Shown here piece by piece: positions 30,342 to 39,068 of a stretch of DNA of 64,000 nucleotides. Under the pieces are notes generated by a model that was given only the letters and a program-made list of their open reading frames with translations, ran no database searches and was not told where the DNA came from. The stretch spans positions 189,091 through 253,090 of the forward strand of contig NVVN01000001.1 in NCBI GenBank assembly GCA_002733355.1. The letters run 5' to 3'. The position numbers and the translations under genes were made by a program. Origin of the DNA: Sulfurovum sp. (lineage in GTDB: Bacteria > Campylobacterota > Campylobacteria > Campylobacterales > Sulfurovaceae). Each line of letters starts with the position of its first letter. Position 1 is the first letter of the stretch.

Positions 30342-31145
30342 CTACGATTTATGCGTAGAACTGCTATCTAAAACTATCTCGTCATACTTTGAAGAGCGTG
30401 TGTTCCCGATTGTTTTNTTACTATGCCCTTTCACTGTATAGACAAAAGATATTTTAGGTGTATCTGTACTGTTTTTGTTGGCACGGTGTAGTAATTTACA
30501 GTGAAACAGCAGTACATCCCCTTTTCTCATAGAAAAGCTTACTTTTGTAGTGATAATATTCTGATTAACTTCTAGTTCATCAGAAAAATACTCTTTTTCA
30601 TCAAACTGAGACGCCTCAAATGTCATCTTGTGACTTCCTGGTATAAACTCCAAGACACCATTTGCATCATCTTCTGCATCTAGTGCAAGCCATATACTTA
30701 CAAGATTGTCATTTTCAAAATTCCAGTAACGAAAGTCCTGATGCCAAGAGGTTACTGTAGAAGTGTGTGGTATTTTTGTCATGATGGAATTATGATGCGC
30801 TATAGTTATAGTAGGGTCTTCTCCTAATAGTTGCTTTAAGACTGGACGTATTTTTTCATTTTCCATCCATTGCTTAAAAACAATATCACGATGATATACC
30901 TGTCGTAGTCGTCTTACAGTTAGGTGTGTGTCCTCTTGCTCACTTTTTGCATCAGAAATACATTTTCTATCTTCTTTGTTTTTACCTACATATTCAGACT
31001 CTGTTTCTATGGGAGGGATTTTATGTTTCAGATGTACAAGCGCTATATCTGTAATCATTTCACATAGTTTAGCATCTGCAAATTGTGGCAATATAAGAAG
31101 TCCGTCAGTATTGAATCGTTCTAATTGTGCATCTGTAAGTTTCAT
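30342..31145 (-). CDS. PhyH-family Fe(II)/2-oxoglutarate dioxygenase
   Basis: WHQD (HxD), WLALD, PGSH, GD...FH...LH; N-terminal LT..Q...F..DG. Confidence 0.85.
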   Translation of the reverse strand: MKLTDAQLERFNTDGLLILPQFADAKLCEMITDIALVHLKHKIPPIETESEYVGKNKEDRKCISDAKSEQEDTHLTVRRLRQVYHRDIVFKQWMENEKIRPVLKQLLGEDPTITIAHHNSIMTKIPHTSTVTSWHQDFRYWNFENDNLVSIWLALDAEDDANGVLEFIPGSHKMTFEASQFDEKEYFSDELEVNQNIITTKVSFSMRKGDVLLFHCKLLHRANKNSTDTPKISFVYTVKGHSXKTIGNTRSSKYDEIVLDSSSTHKS

Positions 31146-31176
31146 CTAGCCATCTTTGAAAAAATATTGTCAAAGA

Positions 31177-31518
31177 TTATAGCGTAACATTCTCTATAAA
31201 CTCTACCTCATCATAACGTATAATCAAGGCATCTATGGAAAATGCCATATCAAGTTTTTTACTTTTCATATAGTAGTGTGACGAGTTAATGACTTTTCGT
31301 AATTTTGCTGCTGTAAGGTTATAGACTGGATCAAAATCAGCTTTACCTGATTTGACTTCTATGAAATGTAGTACCTCTTCTTTTTGGGCAATAATATCGA
31401 TCTCACCTAATTTTCTGGCAAAATAGTTACGTTCTAATATCATAAAACCTTCCTGCTCTAAAAACTGTGTGGCAAGGTCTTCACTCTCATCACCGAAAAT
31501 TTTGGGAAGTTCTCTCAT
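31177..31518 (-). CDS. yraN: YraN-family protein
   Basis: G...E..A..FL, GEIDIIA, FIEVK. Confidence 0.9.
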   Translation of the reverse strand: MRELPKIFGDESEDLATQFLEQEGFMILERNYFARKLGEIDIIAQKEEVLHFIEVKSGKADFDPVYNLTAAKLRKVINSSHYYMKSKKLDMAFSIDALIIRYDEVEFIENVTL

Positions 31519-31704
31519 AGCTACTCCTATATATTCTAAGTATAAAGTATAAAATCAAAAGGCATGTAAAATATGTCAAATTGTCAGTATTTTCTATGAT
31601 ATTACTAAGAAAATAAGAGTAAATTTGTCCTCATTATATGTGAACTAAAGTTTATTTAAGTATCTCTAGCTATTATCAGACAAAATTATATCTAAAGGAT
31701 TACA

Positions 31705-31956
31705 ATGTCAACAATAAATATAGCCCAAGAATGTGGATGTTTCAAAAAAAGTGATTTAGTGAACAATGTCGCATTTGAGAACAAAGATGATGCGATGATA
31801 GAAGCACTAAGTATAGTAAGTCATATGAATGAGGCGTTCTGTGGTAAACATGGTTTTGAGCTTAGTGAAAACGGTGATGATTTTGCCATTGCTATGAAAG
31901 CACCTCAACAAGCGCAAGCTTCAAGTGGATGCTGTGGCGGTGGACACTGTAGTTAA
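31705..31956 (+). CDS. Small Cys/His-motif protein (paralogue 3) with a CCGGGHCS tail
   Basis: ECGCFKKS...MNEAFCGKHGF...GCCGGGHCS; AAGGA RBS. Confidence 0.8.
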   Translation: MSTINIAQECGCFKKSDLVNNVAFENKDDAMIEALSIVSHMNEAFCGKHGFELSENGDDFAIAMKAPQQAQASSGCCGGGHCS

Positions 31957-32047
31957 ATAGAACGCAAAATGAACAAAGTTCATCTTTGCTACGCTAACAC
32001 TGGGTTTTCTTCAGCAGAAAGCTCACGTGACTAGTCACGTTAAAAAT
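31957..32047 (+). repeat. Three-hairpin structured repeat, copy 1
   Basis: Aligns with 46313-46403 (minus strand) with compensatory stem changes; contains the perfect palindrome ACGTGACTAGTCACGT. Confidence 0.75.
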
Positions 32048-32078
32048 ACCTCAAATCAGTAATCCAAAAATCAATCTA

Positions 32079-32576
32079 TTATTTAAAATTCCCAAACACA
32101 AGCGGCGCTTTTAAGTCCAGCTTCTTCACTTCAGCCATTACGGTTTGTAAATCATCTATTTTTTTCCCAGATACTCGTACTTCATCACCTTGTATGGACG
32201 GAGTTACTTTCACCTTCAAATCTTTTATGGCTTTTACTATCTGCTTCGCTTCATCTTTGTCTATGGTATCTACGATACGGTAAATCACCTTTGTGTTGCC
32301 ACCAGATATACCCTCCGTTTTTACCTCTTCCAGTGACTTTCCAGCGATGCCACGCTTGATGAGTTTAGAGATAAGTATATCTTTGAGTGCATCTATCTTA
32401 GAGTCCGTAGATGAACTCAAAGAAAGTGTCTTCCCTGCTTCGTTAAAGTTTATCTCTGCTTTTACACCCTTAAAGTCAAAACGCGTAGCTATCTCTTTTT
32501 CTGCCATAACTATCGCATTTTTCATTTCCATCATGTCTAGCTTTGCTGTTATATCNAAATAGTGGTCTTTTGCCAT
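32079..32576 (-). CDS. yajQ: YajQ-family nucleotide (c-di-GMP)-binding protein
   Basis: RFDFKG, SIQGDEVRVSGKKIDDLQ, F.NF C-terminus. Confidence 0.95.
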   Translation of the reverse strand: MAKDHYXDITAKLDMMEMKNAIVMAEKEIATRFDFKGVKAEINFNEAGKTLSLSSSTDSKIDALKDILISKLIKRGIAGKSLEEVKTEGISGGNTKVIYRIVDTIDKDEAKQIVKAIKDLKVKVTPSIQGDEVRVSGKKIDDLQTVMAEVKKLDLKAPLVFGNFK

Positions 32577-33244
32577 TATTGTTCCTTTTTTATGTTTAAC
32601 GAATTATCTAACCCTAATAAAATGTCATTTGTTAATTGCTTAATCATCTCATCGCTTATGTTCATATCTTCTATTGTTTTTATATTACTCAACCATAAAA
32701 GTGGAAAAGATTCTAATCTATAGATTAAAGTTTCTTTATCAAAAACAGATTTTTCATTAGCTATCTTTAAAATAGTTTCCCAATTAAATGATTCATGTTG
32801 AGCCAAACAAAAAAGATCAAAAAAGTCCTTTTCCTCATCTCTACCAATAATCGCAGTTACTTTATTGGCTAAGATATTTATCTTATTATCAACTCTAATG
32901 TCATTAATTATTTTACTTTTNCCCTCACGATGAACCCTGTCATTTACAAAGTCCAATTGTAACAAATCATCAACCATTATTCTATGGAAATCTTTAGTCT
33001 TCACTGTATGATTGACATCATAGTCTTTTTTTATTAGTGCATCTATTACTTCATTTACAGATTCGCCAAATATATTATCATTATAAGAAAAAAAATCTAA
33101 ATCATCAGAATATCTATAGTTATAGTAAAAACGATGCAATGCTGTTCCGCCTGTCAAGTAAAAAGTATTTTCTAAGCCAAATACTATTTCCAACACTTCA
33201 TCTTGTAAAAGATAAAGCTTCTTATAATCTATCTTTTTTTCCAT
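32576..33244 (-). CDS. AbiEii-like nucleotidyltransferase toxin
   Basis: GGTAL..FY...R.SDDLDF, NK..A...R...KD.FD. Confidence 0.85.
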   Translation of the reverse strand: MEKKIDYKKLYLLQDEVLEIVFGLENTFYLTGGTALHRFYYNYRYSDDLDFFSYNDNIFGESVNEVIDALIKKDYDVNHTVKTKDFHRIMVDDLLQLDFVNDRVHREXKSKIINDIRVDNKINILANKVTAIIGRDEEKDFFDLFCLAQHESFNWETILKIANEKSVFDKETLIYRLESFPLLWLSNIKTIEDMNISDEMIKQLTNDILLGLDNSLNIKKEQ

Positions 33245-33552
33245 GCTAAACTTTCTATATGGTTTTTTTCACCTAATAGTATGTTTTTTAAAATCAAAAC
33301 ATGCTTATCTATGTATTTTTGATTGTAGCTTGAGGTAAATGTAGAAAAAAGTTTTGCTAGCGTCTCTTTATCAAATAGCCGATGTAAAGTTCTTGCTTTA
33401 TCTGTAGAATTATATATTATTTTTGAAAATAGTTTTTGTTTTGTTCTTAAGTCATCAGAATGAAGTATATTGGCAATATCTTTTTCATCTACATTATAAT
33501 CCCAAAAACAGTCTTGAATAATTTGGCTATAGTCAACTAAATTTTCTACCAC
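33229..33552 (-). CDS. Putative cognate antitoxin of the AbiEii-like toxin
   Basis: Small ORF with an FWDY motif, overlapping the toxin start. Confidence 0.65.
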   Translation of the reverse strand: MVENLVDYSQIIQDCFWDYNVDEKDIANILHSDDLRTKQKLFSKIIYNSTDKARTLHRLFDKETLAKLFSTFTSSYNQKYIDKHVLILKNILLGEKNHIESLAWKKR

Positions 33553-33601
33553 TTTTTGCCTTCCTAGTATTCATGTGTGCATTATATCATTTTAAAATAT
33601 T

Positions 33602-33988
33602 TTATTTTTCACATTTTGTCATGACATCTTTGTCAAATGATATTTTGCCATACCCTTGCAATTTACTCTTTGAACATATGAGAGCATCTACATAATCTAT
33701 ATTTTTTTCAATCATCATATCTAACGAATTAATTAAAATATATTTATTTTTANTAACAACACCTTCTAGGCGTAAAATAGTCTTTAAATCTTTTACAATC
33801 TCCCCGAGTGGTACCTTATAGTATTTTGTCATTATAAACAAAATTTCCATAATAACTTCACTTAGAATTTCTACTTTTAATTCATTTTTTTCTATCTTCG
33901 CAATGATGTCTATGCTCTTACTATAAAGGTTGCTATCTTCTTTGACAAAAAAACGAATAATAACATTGGTGTCAATCAAGGAAATCAT
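33602..33988 (-). CDS. vapC: PIN-domain (VapC-like) toxin
   Basis: IDTNVIIR, E at helix, D.VDA, SFD acidic residues. Confidence 0.88.
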   Translation of the reverse strand: MISLIDTNVIIRFFVKEDSNLYSKSIDIIAKIEKNELKVEILSEVIMEILFIMTKYYKVPLGEIVKDLKTILRLEGVVXKNKYILINSLDMMIEKNIDYVDALICSKSKLQGYGKISFDKDVMTKCEK

Positions 33989-34241
33989 ATTTCTCTTTCA
34001 TTGCTTCCATCATTGCTTCTTCTTTAATTTGATCAAAGGGTTTATTTACATCTACATTCTTTGCATATTTATTAAACTTTCCTGCCAACTCATCAACTAC
34101 ACTCTTTTTTTGTTGACCCTGCATAGGATAAACAATAGCTATCTCTTTATTTTTACGCTTATCTACGATAGTAAGTGCCTCAGTAAGATGGGTCAATATC
34201 CCCATATTTTTCTGAAGTTCACCAATGCCTATGGTTTGCAT
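33972..34241 (-). CDS. Putative antitoxin (Phd-like N-terminus) of the PIN toxin
   Basis: 89 aa, IGIGELQKN, overlaps the toxin start. Confidence 0.7.
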   Translation of the reverse strand: MQTIGIGELQKNMGILTHLTEALTIVDKRKNKEIAIVYPMQGQQKKSVVDELAGKFNKYAKNVDVNKPFDQIKEEAMMEAMKEKYDFLD

Positions 34242-34270
34242 ACGGACTCCTTTTATATAAACTTGGTTTT

Positions 34271-34299
34271 ATTATATATAAATAGAGGAGGTTTGTCAA
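34271..34299 (-). promoter_or_regulatory. Consensus sigma70 promoter of the vapBC-like pair
   Basis: Minus strand TTGACA-N17-TATAAT (ttgaca aacctcctctatttata tataat). Confidence 0.7.
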
Positions 34300-34312
34300 A
34301 TTTAGCACATGT

Positions 34313-34468
34313 TCAATTTGAAATATCAATTATTTTAACATTACCATCAAAATCTGTATAATCTAATACCACTTCTTCTCTAAAATACATATCTTCTACT
34401 TCAGATATAGCTTCATCTACAGAAATGACTCTTGTCAATATTTCTTTTACTTCTATATTAACTTGCAT
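34313..34468 (-). CDS. DpnD/PcfM-like small protein, diverged copy with an internal deletion (possibly a relic)
   Basis: MQVNIEVKEILTRVISVDEAISEVEDMYFREEVVLDYTDFDGNVKIIDISN; paralogue of 35937-36113. Confidence 0.6.
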   Translation of the reverse strand: MQVNIEVKEILTRVISVDEAISEVEDMYFREEVVLDYTDFDGNVKIIDISN

Positions 34469-34482
34469 ACAGCAACCTTTGC

Positions 34483-34596
34483 TTAGAAATTTTTCTTAAT
34501 TAATTGTTGCATAAATTTTGTATTTAACCAAAAAGATTGTTTGATAATACTATTACCCAATCCATCTTTATCTCTATCATTTGAATCTCTACCATG
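34483..34596 (-). pseudogene. Relic 3' end of a second Sau3AI-like REase
   Basis: HGRDSNDRDKDGLGNSIIKQSFWLNTKFMQQLIKKNF* versus intact HGRNSNDRDKDGLGNSIIKQSFWLNTKFIQQLIIKNL. Confidence 0.85.
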
Positions 34597-34715
34597 CTGT
34601 AATAATTAATTTAGTTATAAAGTAAGCCAATTATTTTCCTTCTATTCTGGAAATAAATCTGCATCATACAGACTGATTTAATGATTATTTACCTATGTGA
34701 ACCTGCCCAACCATA

Positions 34716-35214
34716 TTATTTAAAATTTCCAAACACAAGTGGTGCTTTTAAATCAAGTTTCTTTACCTCAGTTATTACAGACTGTAAATCATCTATTTTC
34801 TTACCAGATACTCGTACTTCATCCCCTTGTATAGATGGTGTTACTTTTAACTTTAATGCTTTAATGGCTTTGACTATCTCTTTAGCCTCATATTTTTCAA
34901 TACTATCAACAATTTTATAGATTATCTTAGTATTACCCCCCCCGAAATTCCCTCAGTTTTCACTTCTTCCAGTGACTTTCCAGCGATGCCACGCTTGATA
35001 AGTTTAGAGATAAGTATGTCTTTGAGTGCATCTATCTTAGAGTCTGTAGATGAGCTAAAAGAAAGCGTCTTCCCTGCTTCGTTAAAGTTTATCTCTGCTT
35101 TTACGCCCTTAAGTCAAAACGCGTAGCTATCTCTTTTTCTACCATAACTATCGCATTTTTTATTTCCATCATGTCTAGCTTTGCTGTTATATCAAAATAG
35201 TGGTCTTTTGCCAT
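34716..35214 (-). pseudogene. yajQ: Frameshifted full-length second copy of yajQ
   Basis: Colinear with 32079-32576; 1-nt deletion near 35111 and a G8 tract (C8 at 34936-34943). Confidence 0.9.
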
Positions 35215-35215
35215 T

Positions 35216-35542
35216 TTAGTTCTCCTTATTGTATTGTTTAACGATTATATCTATCGCAGCATCTGTAATATTTTCCATTTCACTTTTCGTATATATGTCT
35301 ACTAAAAATATTTCATCTTCGATAACAGAATAAGTAATAATCCTATATCCAGCACTTTTACCTTTGTTATTATCACTATTTTTAATACGAACTTTGTATA
35401 GCCCTTTTGATAGTTCCACTCCCTGCTTTGGTGTGTCTTCTAAACTATTTAAAAATAATTGAAAATCTTTTTTAAAGTTCTTGTAACGCTTAGCTAACTT
35501 TTTAGCGCTCTTTTTAAATGCTGTAGAATAAAGTATATCCAC
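35216..35542 (-). CDS. RelE/ParE-family toxin
   Basis: F.K..KKL.K.Y, YKVRI......GKSAGYRII.Y. Confidence 0.88.
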   Translation of the reverse strand: MDILYSTAFKKSAKKLAKRYKNFKKDFQLFLNSLEDTPKQGVELSKGLYKVRIKNSDNNKGKSAGYRIITYSVIEDEIFLVDIYTKSEMENITDAAIDIIVKQYNKEN

Positions 35543-35838
35543 TAAAGTTCATCCCATAATGTATCTATAGGATATGCCTTCTTTTTACCTGCTTTTATCA
35601 ATTCTAATTCATCTAAAGAATCTGTGATTCTAGTTTTTAATTCTTGAAACTCTCGAAATGCCACAGCATCTCTCATGTCTTCATACTCTTCTTTAGAAAC
35701 CAGTACTGCTTCTATACGATTATTTTTGAGCACTGCCAACTTATCTACAGTATGATCTTTTATCTGAGCCAAATATGTCCCAAACTTCTTCGCAAACTCC
35801 GAAGAAGGTATAAGCTCATCATTTTTATACGCTACCAC
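35542..35838 (-). CDS. Phd/YefM-like antitoxin
   Basis: SSEFAKKFG.YL, VLKNN..EAVLVS..EYE; coupled to the toxin; upstream palindrome ACGGAA-agta-TTCCGT. Confidence 0.82.
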   Translation of the reverse strand: MVAYKNDELIPSSEFAKKFGTYLAQIKDHTVDKLAVLKNNRIEAVLVSKEEYEDMRDAVAFREFQELKTRITDSLDELELIKAGKKKAYPIDTLWDEL

Positions 35839-35936
35839 ACAAACTCCTTTTACGGAAAGTATTCCGTGTTATTTTGTGTATTATAGCGTAATTGTATTAC
35901 TTTAATATACTTCAAGATACCTTTAAGTGTTCATAA

Positions 35937-36113
35937 TTAATTATTTACATCAATAATTTCAATACTAGATTCACCTTCAAAATCTGCATAATCTAATACA
36001 ATTTCTTCATTTTTGTACATATCTTCTATTTTTAAAATAGCATCTTCTTTTGATTCTACATCAACAGTAATTATTCTCGACAAAACTTCTGTAATCTCAA
36101 TATCAACCNNCAT
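35937..36113 (-). CDS. DpnD/PcfM-like small protein
   Basis: 58 aa, below the ORF-track cutoff: MXVDIEITEVLSRIITVDVESKEDAILKIEDMYKNEEIVLDYADFEG...; starts 3 nt after the REase stop. Confidence 0.7.
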   Translation of the reverse strand: MXVDIEITEVLSRIITVDVESKEDAILKIEDMYKNEEIVLDYADFEGESSIEIIDVNN

Positions 36114-36116
36114 AAT

Positions 36117-37523
36117 TCACCTTTTCAATAAATTTTTAATAATTAACTGTTGTATAAATTTAGTATTCAACCAAAATGATTGTTTGATAATACTATTACC
36201 CAATCCATCTTTATCTCTATCATTGGAATTTCTACCATGAGGTCGTATATGTATGATTTGGGTTGCAGATTCTTTTGATAGTTCACTTACCTCTTTATAT
36301 CCTCGCTTAGTTTTATTTGCTATTTTAGTTACCCTACATTTACCATTATTCACTTCTCTTTGGTAATTTAGCCATTCTTGCTTAATAATATCAAATTCAC
36401 TATTACTAGGTGTCCAAAAAAATGCTTTTCCAAGATAAAGTTTATCTAAATCTTTAATATCTTTATATGCTTTATAAATAGGTATAAATAGGATTTTGCT
36501 TATCATGGGTAAAAAGGTGGATTCTTCCCACTCCTCCAAAACAAACTCTTCTAACTTCATTGCAGGAAAAGATATGGCTTCCATCGGACGACAATCTTTT
36601 TTTCGTACATTAATCATTTTTATTTCAATACCCAATTGTTCAAACTCTTTTATTTTTGAACGGACACTTTTAAAACCTATTATTTTTTTCATAACCGCAG
36701 CAACTCTACTTTTACTCTGTCCAATTTTAACATCAAATACTTCAGATAATTCTAAAATTGATTTGCCTTGTAATAAATTTATTTTCTCTAAAATTGCTTG
36801 CTCAAAACTATCCAAACTAGTAATATTTAAAGTTTCAATTATTGATTCAAATTTAACTTGATTAATCTCTTTCCATCTCTGATTAGTAAAAGGTTGTTTA
36901 AGGGAAAAGGCTCTTTTCTGTGCGGTATCAGCGTATATTGTATTGAACTGTGGTACTTGTTTTTTAGTTCCTGCTGGTGAAGCTTCAAGCGAGTCAGTAT
37001 CTCTACCAGATAGTTCATGTGCATACCCTGTAATAACCTTATTTTGAATGAAATGCCAATCATCTTTGAGAAATAATTCCCCCGCTTCTTCAGATAATTT
37101 CCATAAATCAATTTTTAAAATTTTAGATTTTAAAATATCTGAACTATCAGGAAAATAATACACAAAAAGAATTTTATTTAATTTTTCTTTAGTATGTGAT
37201 TCTTCCCATTTTTCATCATGCAAAGTCATATAATTCATACTACAAATTTTAGTACGCTCTTTAACCACTATCCCATTTTTAGTTTTTTTTAGTGGGATAA
37301 TTTTTAATTCAATACCTACTTTATCAAAATCAGGTAGTTGTGATGAGTTCTGTTCTATACCAAACCATTCCTTTTCAATAATGAGTCCAGCTAATCCTTT
37401 ATTCTTTAAATTAATTGTTCTTGTAGTTGAAGATAAATCTAAAATTTCTTGTAAACTTTTTCCAATTAATTTTTTCGCATAAGTAACTATAGATTTTTCT
37501 GAACTGTCATCATATTTAATCAT
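36117..37523 (-). CDS. MutH/Sau3AI-family restriction endonuclease
   Basis: NKG..G..IE..WFG, PDF...GIELK, KER; duplicated MutH-like domain; SFWLN end. Confidence 0.88.
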   Translation of the reverse strand: MIKYDDSSEKSIVTYAKKLIGKSLQEILDLSSTTRTINLKNKGLAGLIIEKEWFGIEQNSSQLPDFDKVGIELKIIPLKKTKNGIVVKERTKICSMNYMTLHDEKWEESHTKEKLNKILFVYYFPDSSDILKSKILKIDLWKLSEEAGELFLKDDWHFIQNKVITGYAHELSGRDTDSLEASPAGTKKQVPQFNTIYADTAQKRAFSLKQPFTNQRWKEINQVKFESIIETLNITSLDSFEQAILEKINLLQGKSILELSEVFDVKIGQSKSRVAAVMKKIIGFKSVRSKIKEFEQLGIEIKMINVRKKDCRPMEAISFPAMKLEEFVLEEWEESTFLPMISKILFIPIYKAYKDIKDLDKLYLGKAFFWTPSNSEFDIIKQEWLNYQREVNNGKCRVTKIANKTKRGYKEVSELSKESATQIIHIRPHGRNSNDRDKDGLGNSIIKQSFWLNTKFIQQLIIKNLLKR

Positions 37524-37524
37524 T

Positions 37525-38793
37525 TTATAGTTCTTCTAAAAGTGTTTTTCCAATTCTCTCAACAATCCCAATAACTAAAGCATTTCCCATTAAAAAAGCT
37601 CTCTTTGTATCTATCACACCAGCGGTATGATTATCTGGAAACATATTGAGTCTTTCTAACTCTATAGGTGTTAAACGTCTATAATTACCATTTACATGCA
37701 CTACATGTTTAAAACGTGAAGCACTTNCTCCACCTTCTCCNGTGATNATAGTCCTNGANGCTCTATCTAATCCATCAGGNAAACTCATTTTNCCTTCACT
37801 GTANGTATAGGTATGNCCTGTNGTNTTNTTGNNTCTTTCAAAAGANTTTGCACCTTTTTGATANTGCCATTTNTCAAGCTCNTTNTCATCTATATAAAAN
37901 TCTTTAGNNACATCNNNTTCATNNATAAGNATNTCACCTAATTTAGTACATGTACCTTGATACTCTGCTGTCACTCTTGCTGTATAATAAATACCTTCAA
38001 TCATATATCCACTTTCCCAAAATGCATTCTTTTTAGGGGTTTCATTATTGAAGTTATTTGTAATATATACTAAGTCATCACTAAGTTCATGAGAGATAAT
38101 AGTATCTTCTGTAATAGCGTGTATTGGAAACGTTTTTGTCAAGACCGAATCTTTATTAAATACATCTATAGGTTTTGACTTAACTAATGTTTTATAAAGT
38201 TTTGTACCTTTTTTATATGCCATAATAAATACACGTTTTCTACGCTGTGGCATACCATATTCACTTGCATCTATTACACGCCATTCAACTGCATATCCAA
38301 GCGAGTTCAATGAAGACAAAATAATCGCAAAATCTCTACCACGCTGAGAAGCCGGAGATTTTAAAAGTCTATCTACGTTTTCTAAAATAAGATATTTGGG
38401 TGCTTTAGCTTTTTTTTCTAATAAAATACGATATATTTCCCACCACAATACACCTTTTTTACCTACAATACCATGTGAATTTTTAAGTGAAGAAGCAACT
38501 GAGTAGTCTTGGCAAGGAAATCCTCCCACCAGAATATCATGTTCTGGAATATCTTGTACTATAACTTTAGAAATATCTTCATTTGAATGATTGTCAAATC
38601 CAAATCTTGCAACATATACTTCTGATGCATGTTGTTTTTTTGTAGATGGCTCCCATTGATTACTCCAAACAATATTAAATTGTTTATCTGAAGAAGAAGC
38701 TCTTTCTAATCCAATACGAAAACCACCAACACCTGCAAATAATTCTATCGTTCTCAAACATTTTGTAGTATTTGAAATCATAGATTTATTCAC
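37525..38793 (-). CDS. DNA (cytosine-5) methyltransferase, M.Sau3AI-like (GATC inferred)
   Basis: ELFAGVGG, NQWEP, GGFPCQDYS, ENVDRLL, QRRKR, MGNALV. GTG start at 38793 after AGGAG; alternative starts at 38838 and 38865. Confidence 0.9.
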   Translation of the reverse strand: MNKSMISNTTKCLRTIELFAGVGGFRIGLERASSSDKQFNIVWSNQWEPSTKKQHASEVYVARFGFDNHSNEDISKVIVQDIPEHDILVGGFPCQDYSVASSLKNSHGIVGKKGVLWWEIYRILLEKKAKAPKYLILENVDRLLKSPASQRGRDFAIILSSLNSLGYAVEWRVIDASEYGMPQRRKRVFIMAYKKGTKLYKTLVKSKPIDVFNKDSVLTKTFPIHAITEDTIISHELSDDLVYITNNFNNETPKKNAFWESGYMIEGIYYTARVTAEYQGTCTKLGXXLXXEXDXXKXFYIDXXELXKWXYQKGAXSFERXXXXTXHTYXYSEXKMSXPDGLDRXXRTXIXGEGGXSASRFKHVVHVNGNYRRLTPIELERLNMFPDNHTAGVIDTKRAFLMGNALVIGIVERIGKTLLEEL

Positions 38794-38924
38794 AGTTTCT
38801 CCTAGTTTTGTATAATTAAATAGATTATGTGCAGTCATTATATCATCCTTTGATTGTTTAATCAAAGGATGCCATAAATTAAAAAATTATCTCAAAAATA
38901 TCTCAAATTGACATATTTTTAGTG

Positions 38925-39015
38925 ATTCGTATCATTTTTTATGCGATTACTTCTCAATCCTCATCATAGCTATATCCCCACTCACAGTATCAAACTTATC
39001 AGCAGCTGTCATGGC
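38925..39015 (-). pseudogene. Diverged duplicate of the hom 3' end plus 22 nt of downstream sequence
   Basis: AMTAADKFDTVSGDIAMMRIEK* versus hom AMTALGKLDVVRGEIAMMRIEK*; matches 40257-40347. Confidence 0.85.
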
Positions 39016-39068
39016 ACAGATATATTACTATATTTTAAAGTAATATTTTACCCTAAAAAAACTAAGAC

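Noticed and set aside
30342..31145. Ectoine hydroxylase EctD
   Set aside because: Lacks the WHSDFETWH signature, and no ectABC genes are nearby.
34597..34715. Possible gene fragments after the yajQ pseudogene (MVGQVHIGK*, LYDADLFPE*)
   Set aside because: Too short to assign.
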